Shown in pieces: positions 47,600 through 57,913 of a DNA stretch of 64,000 bases. Every line of letters starts with the position of its first letter. Positions within the stretch are counted from its first letter, which is position 1. The notes beneath the pieces were generated by a model that saw nothing but the letters and a program-made list of their open reading frames with translations, was not told where the DNA came from and did no database searches. The position numbers and the translations under genes were made by a program. This DNA comes from Planctomycetota bacterium (GTDB lineage: Bacteria; Planctomycetota; PLA2; JAEUHO01), in contig CBDCTJ010000005.1 of the NCBI GenBank assembly GCA_965222115.1, positions 1 through 64,000 of the forward strand, given 5' to 3'.

Positions 47600-49606
47600 C
47601 TACGATATGGCGCCGGATAGCGATGGCAACCACGCTTCCAGTACGGCATCCACAACCGGACCTACATCAAGCGACGCATCAATGGAAACATCACTCCATT
47701 CGTTCCACGCGGCCAAGCGCCGCTCGCGGAGCACGCTCGCTTCGTCCAATGCGTCCTTCGTGTCATAGAGGCGTGGACGAGACCGTCGGTCGTTATCAAT
47801 GCGCTCTGCCGTGACATGCGGCGCCGCATCGAGTAGCACGACAAAAGCGCTCTCAATCTCGTGCTTGTTCGGCAAATGTTCGACAACCCCCGACCCACAA
47901 GCAATCACCACACCGCGACGTCGTACCGCGGAGGACAACGCCGCCGCTTCAATGGCGCGAAACGCGGACTCGCCGTTGCTTTCAATCCACGCCGCTGGCG
48001 ATCGCCCCGATATGCGCGAGACCGAATCGTCGAGATCGACGAAGGGACGGCCCGTAAGACGAGCCACGGCAGCACCCACCGTGGACTTGCCGACGCCGCG
48101 CGGCCCCAACAGAACGAGATTCCGCGGAGGGGTCATGCCGAACGACAGCAGCACAGGAATCCACGGTGCCACGTTCTGATCGATGGAAGGCGCTACGATC
48201 GACAAGAATGCGAGTGCCTGGTGTCGCGCCTGCGCCAGCAAAAGGGTGCGCCCGTCGATGACTGTGTCGGCCTGTCCACGCTCGGCCGCCTGCACCAAAT
48301 CGGTAGTCTGGTTGGGTGCAGCGTAGGGCGCGTCCAAAACGAGTCGGTTGCGCAACCGCTCCGGATCGATCGTCAACGCGCCCGTTCCCCCATGGCCCGC
48401 GGGCGTGGCATTTAGCAGAATCGACTCATCGTCGGCTGGCGCCAATTCGCCGCCGGACCATGCACACCCCGTAGCCGCGGCCAGCGCCTTCCCATCGTCC
48501 TCATTTCGCGCCGCGAGGCGTGTCTCAAAGCCAAGCGACTTGAGGGCAAGGATGGCCGCCCTGGCATAACCGCCGCTGCCGTACACGCGCGCGGCACCGT
48601 CGACGGGCCGATACGCATCCACCATTTCTCGTATGCCGGCAACGTCGGTATTGAGTCCTCGCCAATAGTCGCCATCAATTCGCACGAGCGTGTTCACGGC
48701 TTCGGCGCGCTTTGCATCGCGACCCAAATCGTCGGCCAAGTCAAACGCGTCGCGCTTATACGGTTTCGTGACGCTAAGCCCTTGCACAGGCAGCGTGATC
48801 GCGTCGCGTAGGGTCATCTTCTGAAATGGCACGTAGAGCGCGTTGGCATCAGCGTATCGAAACACCGAATTGTGCATAGCGGGCGACGGCGACCACGCGG
48901 GCGGCTCCCCCACCAATCCAAACAGCGCGGCGTTTGAATCCACTTCGCCAGCGCGAAGTTCGTTGACGAGTTTCGACAGCACGGGCTGACCGGGCACGGC
49001 GCGGCTTTGTTCATCGTGAGCGCCGAACAGCAATCCAGCGCAGTGATCGCCAACGAATGCGGTTCGCGTATGAGCCAATGCACCGAGAGGCACGGTGAAC
49101 CCCGATTGCGATGCTTGCCGTGCCACGATGGCATCCCACGAGTCACGGGTGTCCACCGGCATTGCGCACTTCGACCATCGATCACTCGGCGTTACGTCGC
49201 CCTCATTCACCCGGCGCATCGACACATCGTGCATCGACGGAAGGCAACACGTTTCGTCTACGCCCTGTTGCGAAAGGACCCGACCAACATCCGCTTCGGC
49301 ATCAATCCACGCCGCACCGGCGTGCAACCAGGCACGAAGCTGTGTGGCTGCTTCTTCGACGGTGCCCTCATAGGCACCGCCTTCCTGCTTACTTCGAAGC
49401 GTGGCCAACACGGGACGCGGACTCGCTTCAATCCAAGCGCCTGGCTCATGCACGCCGTCAATCAGATCGATGCGAATCTCAATGAGATCCGCAGGTGTGT
49501 CGATCGCGCGCAGTTCATTGGGCGTCGCAACTGCAGGAGGACACACAGTAGCCACGGCGAGCCACGTGCCATCGCTAAGCGGAAGATTCGGTAGATAGCC
49601 GCTCAT
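47600..49606 (-). CDS. aroD-aroE-aroK: Trifunctional type I 3-dehydroquinate dehydratase / shikimate dehydrogenase / shikimate kinase
   Basis: DHQase I: EIRID, TLRS..EGG, S.HD, K. SDH: SPSPAMHN, SVTKPYK, AVNT, NTD, GSGGYARA, NATP. Kinase: GPRGVGKST, DLD, FR.IE, RP. Confidence 0.9.
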   Translation of the reverse strand: MSGYLPNLPLSDGTWLAVATVCPPAVATPNELRAIDTPADLIEIRIDLIDGVHEPGAWIEASPRPVLATLRSKQEGGAYEGTVEEAATQLRAWLHAGAAWIDAEADVGRVLSQQGVDETCCLPSMHDVSMRRVNEGDVTPSDRWSKCAMPVDTRDSWDAIVARQASQSGFTVPLGALAHTRTAFVGDHCAGLLFGAHDEQSRAVPGQPVLSKLVNELRAGEVDSNAALFGLVGEPPAWSPSPAMHNSVFRYADANALYVPFQKMTLRDAITLPVQGLSVTKPYKRDAFDLADDLGRDAKRAEAVNTLVRIDGDYWRGLNTDVAGIREMVDAYRPVDGAARVYGSGGYARAAILALKSLGFETRLAARNEDDGKALAAATGCAWSGGELAPADDESILLNATPAGHGGTGALTIDPERLRNRLVLDAPYAAPNQTTDLVQAAERGQADTVIDGRTLLLAQARHQALAFLSIVAPSIDQNVAPWIPVLLSFGMTPPRNLVLLGPRGVGKSTVGAAVARLTGRPFVDLDDSVSRISGRSPAAWIESNGESAFRAIEAAALSSAVRRRGVVIACGSGVVEHLPNKHEIESAFVVLLDAAPHVTAERIDNDRRSRPRLYDTKDALDEASVLRERRLAAWNEWSDVSIDASLDVGPVVDAVLEAWLPSLSGAIS

Positions 49607-50592
49607 GACGAAAGGGGGACCACAACCGGTCGAATGGGGACATCTTTGATGGCGGCCAAGAGTGCATCCACGTCTTCTGCGCGAACCACGTCAAAGAGCG
49701 TGCCGCCGGAACCCGTCAATGCGGGGGGTCTACCAATGCGTCGTTCTATTGCTGAAGCCAAGGTGCCCAGTTTCCGGTATCGCTTCATCACCGTATAGGC
49801 GAGTGCATTGAAATGCGCGGCGCGAACGTCTTCGGCATTCCCTGCGGTTAGCGCGTCGCGCGCAGCGTACACGCCTCCGCTCGGTGCGCGTCGTGGTCCG
49901 GGTTGATAGTCGGAAAAGACCTCTGCCGTCGAGCATGCAACACCCGTTAGCAACAACACAACCACAAGATCCTTACCAACGCACGGACGCTTCACAATGC
50001 GGTCACCGCGATCGAGCGCAATCGCAGCAAAGGGCGCGCCCTGTTCGAAACCGCTTAGAAAGAACGAAACATCGGCTCCCAGACTGCGCGCCATGGCCAA
50101 CACCGCGTCATCGTCAAGGGCACAGTTCAGATAGGGTGCAAGGAGTCCGATGGTCGTGGCTGCGTCGGATGAGCCCCCGCCCAACCCAGCGCCAACTGGG
50201 ATGCGCTTCGTAAGTGTCAATACATGGTTGAAACCGGGCATTGAATCAGGTTTCAGCTTCCAAATAACGCTCATGGCCTTGGAGACAAGATTAGTCTCGT
50301 CGAGGGGGACACCGATCGACGTGCTATCGCCCTCGTATTGGACGGCAAGGGATCCGATGTGCACCTCGACGCTCGGTGATGACTCTCTGTCACGCTTTGT
50401 CTCTTCGTCCATCGGGAGCGACGGAAACTCAAGCGTCACATCATCGCCCCACGGAAGCGAAAGAAAGAGCGTTTCGAGCTCGTGAAACCCGTCGCTGCGT
50501 TTGCCCAATACATCGAGATAGAGATTGACCTTCGCTGGTGCAAGTCGCGTAGCCGGTGACGGCCCGGAGGATGTACGTACGGGGCTGTTCAC
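49603..50592 (-). CDS. ispE: 4-(cytidine 5'-diphospho)-2-C-methyl-D-erythritol kinase
   Basis: APAKVNLYLDVLGKRSDGFHEL, KRIPVGAGLGGGSSDAA, LGADV.FF, LTGSG. The GTG start overlaps the panD stop (GTGA). Confidence 0.93.
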   Translation of the reverse strand: MNSPVRTSSGPSPATRLAPAKVNLYLDVLGKRSDGFHELETLFLSLPWGDDVTLEFPSLPMDEETKRDRESSPSVEVHIGSLAVQYEGDSTSIGVPLDETNLVSKAMSVIWKLKPDSMPGFNHVLTLTKRIPVGAGLGGGSSDAATTIGLLAPYLNCALDDDAVLAMARSLGADVSFFLSGFEQGAPFAAIALDRGDRIVKRPCVGKDLVVVLLLTGVACSTAEVFSDYQPGPRRAPSGGVYAARDALTAGNAEDVRAAHFNALAYTVMKRYRKLGTLASAIERRIGRPPALTGSGGTLFDVVRAEDVDALLAAIKDVPIRPVVVPLSS

Positions 50593-50957
50593 GATGGCGA
50601 ATGCGGCGCCTCGATGGACTTGTTCTTGTCGTCTACGAATACGACACGCGGTTTGTGCTTCTTGGCCTCGGTATCGGACATTACGGCGAACGCCATAATG
50701 ATCACGCGATCCCCAATCTGGCAGTGGCGCGCGCACCCGCCATTCATGCCAATCACGCCGGTCCCCGCCTTGCCCTCCAGCGCATAGGTTTCAATGCGCG
50801 AACCATTCTCCAGATTGATGATCAGGACTTTCTCGTTTGGCCAGAGATCGCAAAGTTCCAAGAGGTCGGCGTCAATGGTGACGCTGCCGATGTAGTTCAA
50901 ATCGCATTCCGTGACCCGGGCACGGTGGATCTTGGACTTCATCATGAGGCGCTGCAT
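50589..50957 (-). CDS. panD: Aspartate 1-decarboxylase
   Basis: KSKIHRARVT..LNYIG|SVTID, NG.R.ETY, NGG.AR, GD.VIIM. Confidence 0.97.
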   Translation of the reverse strand: MQRLMMKSKIHRARVTECDLNYIGSVTIDADLLELCDLWPNEKVLIINLENGSRIETYALEGKAGTGVIGMNGGCARHCQIGDRVIIMAFAVMSDTEAKKHKPRVVFVDDKNKSIEAPHSPS

Positions 50958-51036
50958 CGGGGGAATCGTACGGGCGCGCGAGCGAGGCGGCCACGAAAGC
51001 CGTCCACGGACCGCGTTCAATTCGTTTCGCGGCGAC

Positions 51037-52431
51037 TCAAACGCGCGGCGCATCCACCCAACAATTGTCAAGCAACCGAATCGTACCGACCGGCCACGCC
51101 GCAATAGCGAGCGCGGGTCCGTCGCCGAGTTGTTCCAACGGCTGCATCGAATCGGGATCGACGATCGAAAGGTAGTCCGGCGTGCCGCCCACCGCTTTGA
51201 GCGCGCTTCGAGCGTGTGCGCAGAGTTTGCTCAGCTCGCCTCCGCCACTCTTTGCAACCGCGAATGCGAGGCGCTCCAGCGTGCGCGGGAGGTGACGTGC
51301 AATTGTTCGCTGTTCTTCGCTCAGGAAGCGATTGCGCGAAGAGCGTGCCAGCCCGTCCACGTCACGGACGATCAAACAGGGCACGACTTGCCCGGGAAGA
51401 TCCAAATCTCGCGCCATGCGTTCAATGATGGCCAATTGCTGCGCGTCTTTACGAGAGAAATACGCGCGGTCGGGTCGCGTGCGCATCCACAGTTTGAGAA
51501 CCACGGTGGCCACGCCGCGAAAGTGTCCCGGTCGAGTTGCACCTTCATAGGACTCCGTGAGGACGGAAGGCACGACATGAGTTGAAAAGTCGTTGTCGTA
51601 GAGATCCTCGGGCGTGGGCACGTAAACCGCACTGGCCCCAGCACGGCGCAACACGTCGCAGTCGGCGTCAAATGTTCGTGGATACCGGTCCAGATCGCCC
51701 GCGTCGTCGAACTGCAACGGATTGACGAAAATCGTGGCCAGCGCGTGATCATTCTCGGCAGCAGCACGTCGAACAAGGGTCGCGTGTCCCTCGTGCAATG
51801 CGCCCATCGTTGGAACCACGCCCACGGTGCCGTCCACACGATCGCGCCACGCCGCAAGTTGCTCACGATTCGCCAATACCGTGCAGTCGCCTTCGCGGGA
51901 GGGAATCGAGAGCTCCCCTTCAACCACGCCTTGGCCGCGCATCCGTGATTGCCGCCAACGCGCTACGTGCGACACAACGGGCAGCGTGCCAACCGGCGAA
52001 GGCACCATCGCAAGCGGAGCGATTTCGCTCCACGGAATCAATACGAATCCACGCGTTGTCGCGCGCGGATGAGGAAGTGTCAACGTGGGATCGTTGCTCG
52101 TTTCAGTACCGTAGGTGAGCAAATCGAGATCAACGGCACGCGTCGCGCGGCCGTCTCGCTTGCGTCCCAACGTGCGCTCAATCGACTGCATGCGATCCAA
52201 GAGAGCGCGCGCCGACAACGTTGTTTGCACGTCGGCCACCGTATTGAGTACTGCGGGCTCGGATTCGACGACCGCACCGTCCTTGCCCACGTAGGGTGTT
52301 TTCCTCGTCCGAGCAATACTCGCGAAACGGATTTCTGGGCAGTCTAGCGCATCGACTGCGGCCTGCAGCTGACGCGCAGGTTCCGCCTCGTTCGCGCCCA
52401 GACCAATGAATGCTCGTGTTCGCGTAATCAC
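51037..52431 (-). CDS. folK-panC: Bifunctional FolK (HPPK) / pantoate-beta-alanine ligase fusion
   Basis: N-terminal FIGLGAN, IER.LGR.R, R..DLDLL and LPHPR...R.FVL.P. C-terminal VPTMGALHEGH, IFVNPLQF, RPGHFRGV.TVV, KDAQQ, DGLA.SSRN and RLLDN. There is no stop between the domains. Confidence 0.92.
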   Translation of the reverse strand: MITRTRAFIGLGANEAEPARQLQAAVDALDCPEIRFASIARTRKTPYVGKDGAVVESEPAVLNTVADVQTTLSARALLDRMQSIERTLGRKRDGRATRAVDLDLLTYGTETSNDPTLTLPHPRATTRGFVLIPWSEIAPLAMVPSPVGTLPVVSHVARWRQSRMRGQGVVEGELSIPSREGDCTVLANREQLAAWRDRVDGTVGVVPTMGALHEGHATLVRRAAAENDHALATIFVNPLQFDDAGDLDRYPRTFDADCDVLRRAGASAVYVPTPEDLYDNDFSTHVVPSVLTESYEGATRPGHFRGVATVVLKLWMRTRPDRAYFSRKDAQQLAIIERMARDLDLPGQVVPCLIVRDVDGLARSSRNRFLSEEQRTIARHLPRTLERLAFAVAKSGGGELSKLCAHARSALKAVGGTPDYLSIVDPDSMQPLEQLGDGPALAIAAWPVGTIRLLDNCWVDAPRV

Positions 52432-52438
52432 GGCGGGG

Positions 52439-53323
52439 CTACGCACCCGTCGCCCGATTGGCAACGTCGTCGGGCAGCGGTTCTTCGTCACCCTGTTCAT
52501 CCACGACCCACGACGGTCCACCCACCACGCGATTCAGCAACCAAAGCACGGGGCCCGACAGTGCATACAACACAAACGCACTGGCCACAGTTTCCTCGAA
52601 AAACGAAACCATCAACAACACCAAGAGCGCGAGCAGCACAATGGTGGTCATCGGCTTCACGCCCTCGAGGTGGCGATTGATCAAATGCGAGTAGGGCATG
52701 CGGCTGACCATGAGGAAGCCAAGCAACGGCAACAGCGGAATCAACAACCACGTCACGTGATAAAACTGGTGTTGGGAATGCAACAGAATGAGCGAAGCCA
52801 GTACACCGGCTGCCGCGGGCGACGGGATCCCCCGAAAGATCTTGGTGACGTAGCTCGGACGGTCGGTAGTCGTACGCGCCGATTCGACGTTGTAGCGCGC
52901 GAGACGCAGACACGCCCCAATCACATAGGCGGCGCAGAGAGCAAACAACAAGCGCGGATGCAGCCACGAAAACTGATCCAACAACGCCGTCTTGGCGAGC
53001 AACGCAGGCGCCACACCGAAGGTCACAATGTCGGCCAAGCTATCAATCTGCGCACCGAAAGGCGTTGCGGTACCGGTCAACCGAGCAATACGGCCATCCA
53101 ACGCGTCACAGACCATGCCGGCAAACAGAAGCCAGCTCGCGCGCTCCATGAATTGCAGCGACTTCTCAGGCGCGGCGGCGGCATCTTGCAAGTAGGAAAT
53201 GGCCAGCACGCCGGCAATCAAATTGCCCAAGGTCACCATCGTGGGCAGGACCTGAATCTTCGTCAGGGCCTGACGATCCGGAGGCGATTGTTCACCAGTA
53301 GCCAAGGGACGTAATCGACGCAT
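52439..53323 (-). CDS. pssA: CDP-diacylglycerol--serine O-phosphatidyltransferase
   Basis: LPT..TLGN, DALDGRIAR....FG..IDSLAD..FGVAP, LRLARYN, F.G.PSPAAA, LMVSR..Y. Confidence 0.92.
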   Translation of the reverse strand: MRRLRPLATGEQSPPDRQALTKIQVLPTMVTLGNLIAGVLAISYLQDAAAAPEKSLQFMERASWLLFAGMVCDALDGRIARLTGTATPFGAQIDSLADIVTFGVAPALLAKTALLDQFSWLHPRLLFALCAAYVIGACLRLARYNVESARTTTDRPSYVTKIFRGIPSPAAAGVLASLILLHSQHQFYHVTWLLIPLLPLLGFLMVSRMPYSHLINRHLEGVKPMTTIVLLALLVLLMVSFFEETVASAFVLYALSGPVLWLLNRVVGGPSWVVDEQGDEEPLPDDVANRATGA

Positions 53324-53480
53324 CGCATCATCGTAGCCCGGCACGGACGACGACTCGCGTTAGGCCCGGACTCGATGGGGATGCGGTGTGGACTTCGTCC
53401 CTTGGTGTTCGGACTGTCGCATGTCGATAGGATTCTGACAGGCCGCCAGCTAAGCGGCGTTCGTACAAAGGAGGGCACCC

Positions 53481-54800
53481 ATGCCCGGCACCAAAACCCA
53501 GATCGCATCCGTGGAAGCATGGGAAGTCCTCGACTCACGGGCCACGCCCACGGTGGAGGTGGAAATCACGTTGGTCGAGGGAGTGACCGGTCGCGCGCTG
53601 GTTCCTTCGGGCGCGAGCACCGGAGAACACGAGGCGCGTGAATTGCGCGACGGCGATCGTCGATTTGCGGGTCGTGGCGTACTTCAGGCCGTGGCCAATG
53701 TGAATGACACGCTGGCGCCTGCGGTGATCGGCATGGACGCCGCCGACCTCTGGTCGCTCGATAGCGCCATGCGCACCATCGATGGAACCAAAGCACTGGG
53801 TAAGCTCGGCGCCAACGCCGTGTTGGGCGTATCGCTGGCCGCGTCCCGCGCCGCGGCACACGCCTTGCGAATGCCGCTCTATCAACACATCGCCACGCTT
53901 GCGGATCTCGGCGCGCCGCGTATGCCGATTCCTATGTTCAATGTGCTCAATGGCGGGGCCCACGCCAACAACGGGTTGCAGTGCCAAGAAATCATGATCG
54001 CACCTGCTGGCCTTGAGTCACTCGCCGAAGCGGTGCGCGCGGGCGCCGAGATTTATTGTGCGTTGCGCGATCGACTCAGCAGCAAAAATCTGTCTACTGC
54101 GGTTGGCGATGAAGGCGGCTTTGCACCACATGTGGACGGTACGCTGGATGCGATCTCCCATGTGGCCGAAGCCGTCTCCGTCGCGGGCTATGAGTTGGGC
54201 AAAGACGTCTTGCTTGCACTCGATGTGGCCGCGTCTGAGTTTCATCGATCCAGTGCCGCGGGACGGGGCTATGAATTCGAAGGGGCGTTGCGCACGGCCG
54301 AAGAAATGTGTGATATCTACGCCACCTGGGTTGATGCCTACCCCATCTACAGCATCGAGGATGGACTCGACGAGAACGACTGGGACGGCTGGGAACACCT
54401 TACGAAACGCTTCGGCGACAAGATTCAGCTTGTGGGTGACGATCTATTCGTAACGAACACCGAACGACTCCTGCGCGGAGTGCAAGAGGGATGCGCCAAT
54501 GCGGTGCTAATCAAACCCAATCAGATTGGCACCCTGGCTGACACGATTGGCTGCGTTGCGCGAGCCTACGAAGGTGGGTTTGCTGCGGTGATGAGTCATC
54601 GTTCGGGCGAAACCGAAGATACGACCATAGCGGATCTCGCGGTGGGACTGGCTACCGGTCAGATCAAGACCGGTGCTCCCTGTCGAGGCGAACGAACGGC
54701 GAAGTACAATCGACTGTTGCGTATTGAACGCGATTTGACAGCGCGCAATGGAACGCCTCCCGAGTACGGTCTACGTCCGCTGGAGGCCACGAACGCCTGA
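53481..54800 (+). CDS. eno: Enolase
   Basis: DSR..PTVE, VPSGASTGEHEA.ELRD, LGANA.L.VS, VGDEGGFAP, DVAASEF, LVGDDLFVTN, SHRSGETED, GQIKTG, KYN.LLRIE. Confidence 0.98.
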   Translation: MPGTKTQIASVEAWEVLDSRATPTVEVEITLVEGVTGRALVPSGASTGEHEARELRDGDRRFAGRGVLQAVANVNDTLAPAVIGMDAADLWSLDSAMRTIDGTKALGKLGANAVLGVSLAASRAAAHALRMPLYQHIATLADLGAPRMPIPMFNVLNGGAHANNGLQCQEIMIAPAGLESLAEAVRAGAEIYCALRDRLSSKNLSTAVGDEGGFAPHVDGTLDAISHVAEAVSVAGYELGKDVLLALDVAASEFHRSSAAGRGYEFEGALRTAEEMCDIYATWVDAYPIYSIEDGLDENDWDGWEHLTKRFGDKIQLVGDDLFVTNTERLLRGVQEGCANAVLIKPNQIGTLADTIGCVARAYEGGFAAVMSHRSGETEDTTIADLAVGLATGQIKTGAPCRGERTAKYNRLLRIERDLTARNGTPPEYGLRPLEATNA

Positions 54801-54841
54801 GAGTCGTCGCCCGCGCGAAAGGAAACGAGTAGCAAATCACC

Positions 54842-55267
54842 ATGGCGTTGCCGTCCTCACGTTCCGCTAACCGCCGCCGGGTGATTCGTCCATCCGCAAA
54901 GCCCACACGACGTCCTCTGCCCACCGCCGTTGTGCTGATAGCCGTCGTCGGCCTGATGGTGCTCTGCCTGTGCACCATTCCGGCCGTGTTGCGACAGCAG
55001 CGGCTCGCCCGCGCGCATGAACGTTTGCTTGAGGACACGCGCAAGGCCGAGTCCACCGTCACCGCACTCCACCGGCGATACGGCGAACTTACGCGCAGCG
55101 ACTACCTCCTGCGTCGCTCCCGCCGCCATCTGCTCTTCCAAGGCACCACCTACATTGCCCGGCGCAACAAGGTCTTGAGTGCAGAGCAAGCATGGATTCG
55201 ACGCACCCGCCGCTCTATCGATGCTCGCGATCCCCGCGGCCCGCGATCCCAAACGAAACGTAAGTAG
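54842..55267 (+). CDS. FtsB/DivIC-like (septum formation initiator) membrane coiled-coil protein
   Basis: Directly follows eno, the usual position of ftsB. Single TM, then coiled coil, then a DYLLRRSRRHL segment resembling D..IE..AR..L. Confidence 0.5.
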   Translation: MALPSSRSANRRRVIRPSAKPTRRPLPTAVVLIAVVGLMVLCLCTIPAVLRQQRLARAHERLLEDTRKAESTVTALHRRYGELTRSDYLLRRSRRHLLFQGTTYIARRNKVLSAEQAWIRRTRRSIDARDPRGPRSQTKRK

Positions 55268-55312
55268 GTCCAACTCACACCGCTGGCCACGTTTTGTGCA
55301 ACACTAGCGCGT

Positions 55313-57703
55313 ATGCCATCGCGTGCCGCCAACGCCAGCCGCTCGTTTCGACGCGCGCTCCTGCTTACGCTCTGTATAGCGCCCTGCGTGTGGGCGGGTG
55401 CCGACGATGCGCCGCGTGTGGCGCCGCAGAAAAACTTCTCCACGATCTTCAGTGAGGTCGAGTGGGTGAGCCGGGCCTTTGAGCGTGCCCGTGCCGCGGC
55501 CAAAGACGAAAACTGGACTTCGGCCGTGCGGCTGCTGCAAGGCGTAGTGGATGCGCGCACGCGTGCAAACGAGCCATCGAACGAGCCTTCGAAGGACAAG
55601 GCGCTGGATGAACAATCCGCGCCCTACGTTGTTCCTGTACACGGCACAACTGTCTTTGAAGGCGCTTGGATTGTTGCGCATCACCAGCGCGCGCGTTGGG
55701 GTAAGCCTGCGATTGATGCGTGCGTGGTTGAGTATGGCCATATCGCCAAAGAGCAATTCGAACGCGCGTTACGGCTCGATGACGACAAGCTGCTGGCCGA
55801 TGTTGCGCTTCGGTTCTTGCCAATGCCCGTGGGTCGTCGCGCCGCGCTGCACTTGGCCGACCGTGCGATCGAGCAAGGTCGTCGCGATGAAGCCTTGGAG
55901 TGGGTTGAACTCCTCGCCGATTTGGAGGCCGTGAGTACGGAGCCTGCGGAATCCATGGCGCCCTACGCGAACGCACGCCTGCTACGCCATGCCGACGCGT
56001 TAGCGGCAACGGCGGGGGATCGCACACGAGTATTGAAGGTTCTTGAAGCTCGTGCCGAAGCGGCGAGTGCGCCCGAAGGCCCGTTCGCGCCATTTCCAAA
56101 CGGTTCCATCGCGGGTGAAACGCCGGTAACGACGTGGTTGACCACGGGTGGCAGCGAAACACGTGCATCACGCGCCGCCAAACGACCGGCGAAACTGACC
56201 CTCAAGTGGTATCACCATCCCGGCAGTGGCTTGGGTCCCGTGGATCGCGTGGAGCCCCGTGATGATGGTTTGAGTGCGCCCAGTACGTGGTTGCCGCCGC
56301 GAGCCATTTGTTTAGACAACCGCGCACTTGTGTCGGACGGCGAAAACGTCACGGTATACGACTTGGACAGCGGCCGCGCCCTCGAACGCGTCACGTTCAA
56401 GTATGCGCGTTCGCTCGAAACCGATACCGACGAAGACCGACGCGAACGATTCGGCTACTTGGAAGGTCACTGCCTCACCGTCACACCGATGCCGGTTACC
56501 ATGCGCTCAACCCCAGATGCAAGGGAGTGGCTCGTATTGGCGGCCGTGCCCGATGGACGCGTATGGCACGTGGGCGAACGCGCCAAGCTTGAAGAACGTC
56601 GCGAGGACCATATTGAAGCATATCGCTTTGACGGCAAGTCCTTGTCGTTTCTTTGGTCGGCGGGAAACACTTCCGCCTCGCCAGGCGCCATCAAGAACAC
56701 GGGGTCTTCCGGACGTCCAATTCCGGGACGCGATCGACCTGCAGAGAACAAGCATCCGGACATTCGTATGTACGGCGCGCCGATTCTCTATCGCGGCCGG
56801 GTATGGGTGGCGGGTACGCGACCCGCGCTCGGCAATACCGACCAACTCGAGTCGTGGCTGTATGCACTCAATCGGGGAACCGGTAAGATCGAGTTAAAGA
56901 CACACTTGGGCACCGGCACACCCATGCGTGCCGGTCGCCACGACGAAGTGATCCCCACGTCACCTGCCGCACGCCACGGACGCGTTGTGGTGGGTACCGC
57001 GATTGGTGTATTGGCCGCGGTCAGTGCGCGCGATGGACGCGTCCTCTGGGCCTATCGCTACCCCCGCAATGTGGCAGGAGACCGCGCGCGTCGAATCATT
57101 GGTTCCGAGTCCGAGCGCGGCAGCCGCACGTCGAGTTTTCATAACGAACCTCCATTGCTCACGGCAGATCTTTGCATTGCCACCCCCACCGACGGGCGTC
57201 ATGTGTTGGTGACCACAAACCGACCCATCGGTCGCGAACGAATGCTCCGGTGCCACGAAATCGAACGCCACGAACGCTTCGGTCCCCACGCCGCGGAATA
57301 TATCGCGGGCGCCTACCGCCACCCGAAGGACGGCGCGTGGCGCATGGTCGTCGTTGGCATTGGCGGCGACACCGAACCGCCTGGACCCATGGTGCTTTCA
57401 GTCGATCCCTTGACCGAAGAACGCTATTGGTACGAGCCGTCCCCCACCGGCCGCGGTTCACTGCCCTTCGGTCGTGGTTTCGTCGGTGAACAACACGCCT
57501 ATATACCCACGCGTTACGGCATCGCCGTCTACGGCCTTGAAGACGGCAACGTCGCCGCTCTCCTTGACCGCAGCGCCATTCCCAAAGACATGCGCGACCG
57601 CGCACCCCGCATCCCCTACGGCAACCTGATACCAACCAAAAACGGCGGCGTGCTCTCTGTGAGCGCAACGACCGTGGCGTATTGGGCGCCGGCGGACGAC
57701 TAA
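55313..57703 (+). CDS. Secreted TPR + PQQ-like beta-propeller protein
   Basis: Signal peptide; helical N-terminal half; W.T.GG...R motif; YDLDSGR, LYALNRGTGK and LAAVSARDGRVLW blades. Confidence 0.8.
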   Translation: MPSRAANASRSFRRALLLTLCIAPCVWAGADDAPRVAPQKNFSTIFSEVEWVSRAFERARAAAKDENWTSAVRLLQGVVDARTRANEPSNEPSKDKALDEQSAPYVVPVHGTTVFEGAWIVAHHQRARWGKPAIDACVVEYGHIAKEQFERALRLDDDKLLADVALRFLPMPVGRRAALHLADRAIEQGRRDEALEWVELLADLEAVSTEPAESMAPYANARLLRHADALAATAGDRTRVLKVLEARAEAASAPEGPFAPFPNGSIAGETPVTTWLTTGGSETRASRAAKRPAKLTLKWYHHPGSGLGPVDRVEPRDDGLSAPSTWLPPRAICLDNRALVSDGENVTVYDLDSGRALERVTFKYARSLETDTDEDRRERFGYLEGHCLTVTPMPVTMRSTPDAREWLVLAAVPDGRVWHVGERAKLEERREDHIEAYRFDGKSLSFLWSAGNTSASPGAIKNTGSSGRPIPGRDRPAENKHPDIRMYGAPILYRGRVWVAGTRPALGNTDQLESWLYALNRGTGKIELKTHLGTGTPMRAGRHDEVIPTSPAARHGRVVVGTAIGVLAAVSARDGRVLWAYRYPRNVAGDRARRIIGSESERGSRTSSFHNEPPLLTADLCIATPTDGRHVLVTTNRPIGRERMLRCHEIERHERFGPHAAEYIAGAYRHPKDGAWRMVVVGIGGDTEPPGPMVLSVDPLTEERYWYEPSPTGRGSLPFGRGFVGEQHAYIPTRYGIAVYGLEDGNVAALLDRSAIPKDMRDRAPRIPYGNLIPTKNGGVLSVSATTVAYWAPADD

Positions 57704-57913
57704 GAGCCGTCGGGCGGGATCTGTTGTTTGCTCCCTCTCACTTCGGGCGTAGAGCGAGACGTAAGATTCCATAACTTGCACGGTGCGATCGATTCTAGCG
57801 TATCAACTCTGTGCTCTCCGCGTGACGCACTCCACCTCTTCTTCGTCAAGAAGGCAAAGGGTCAGAATATGACTACAAATTAAGATTCAGGTCGGGGGGT
57901 GCTGAGGAACAGA

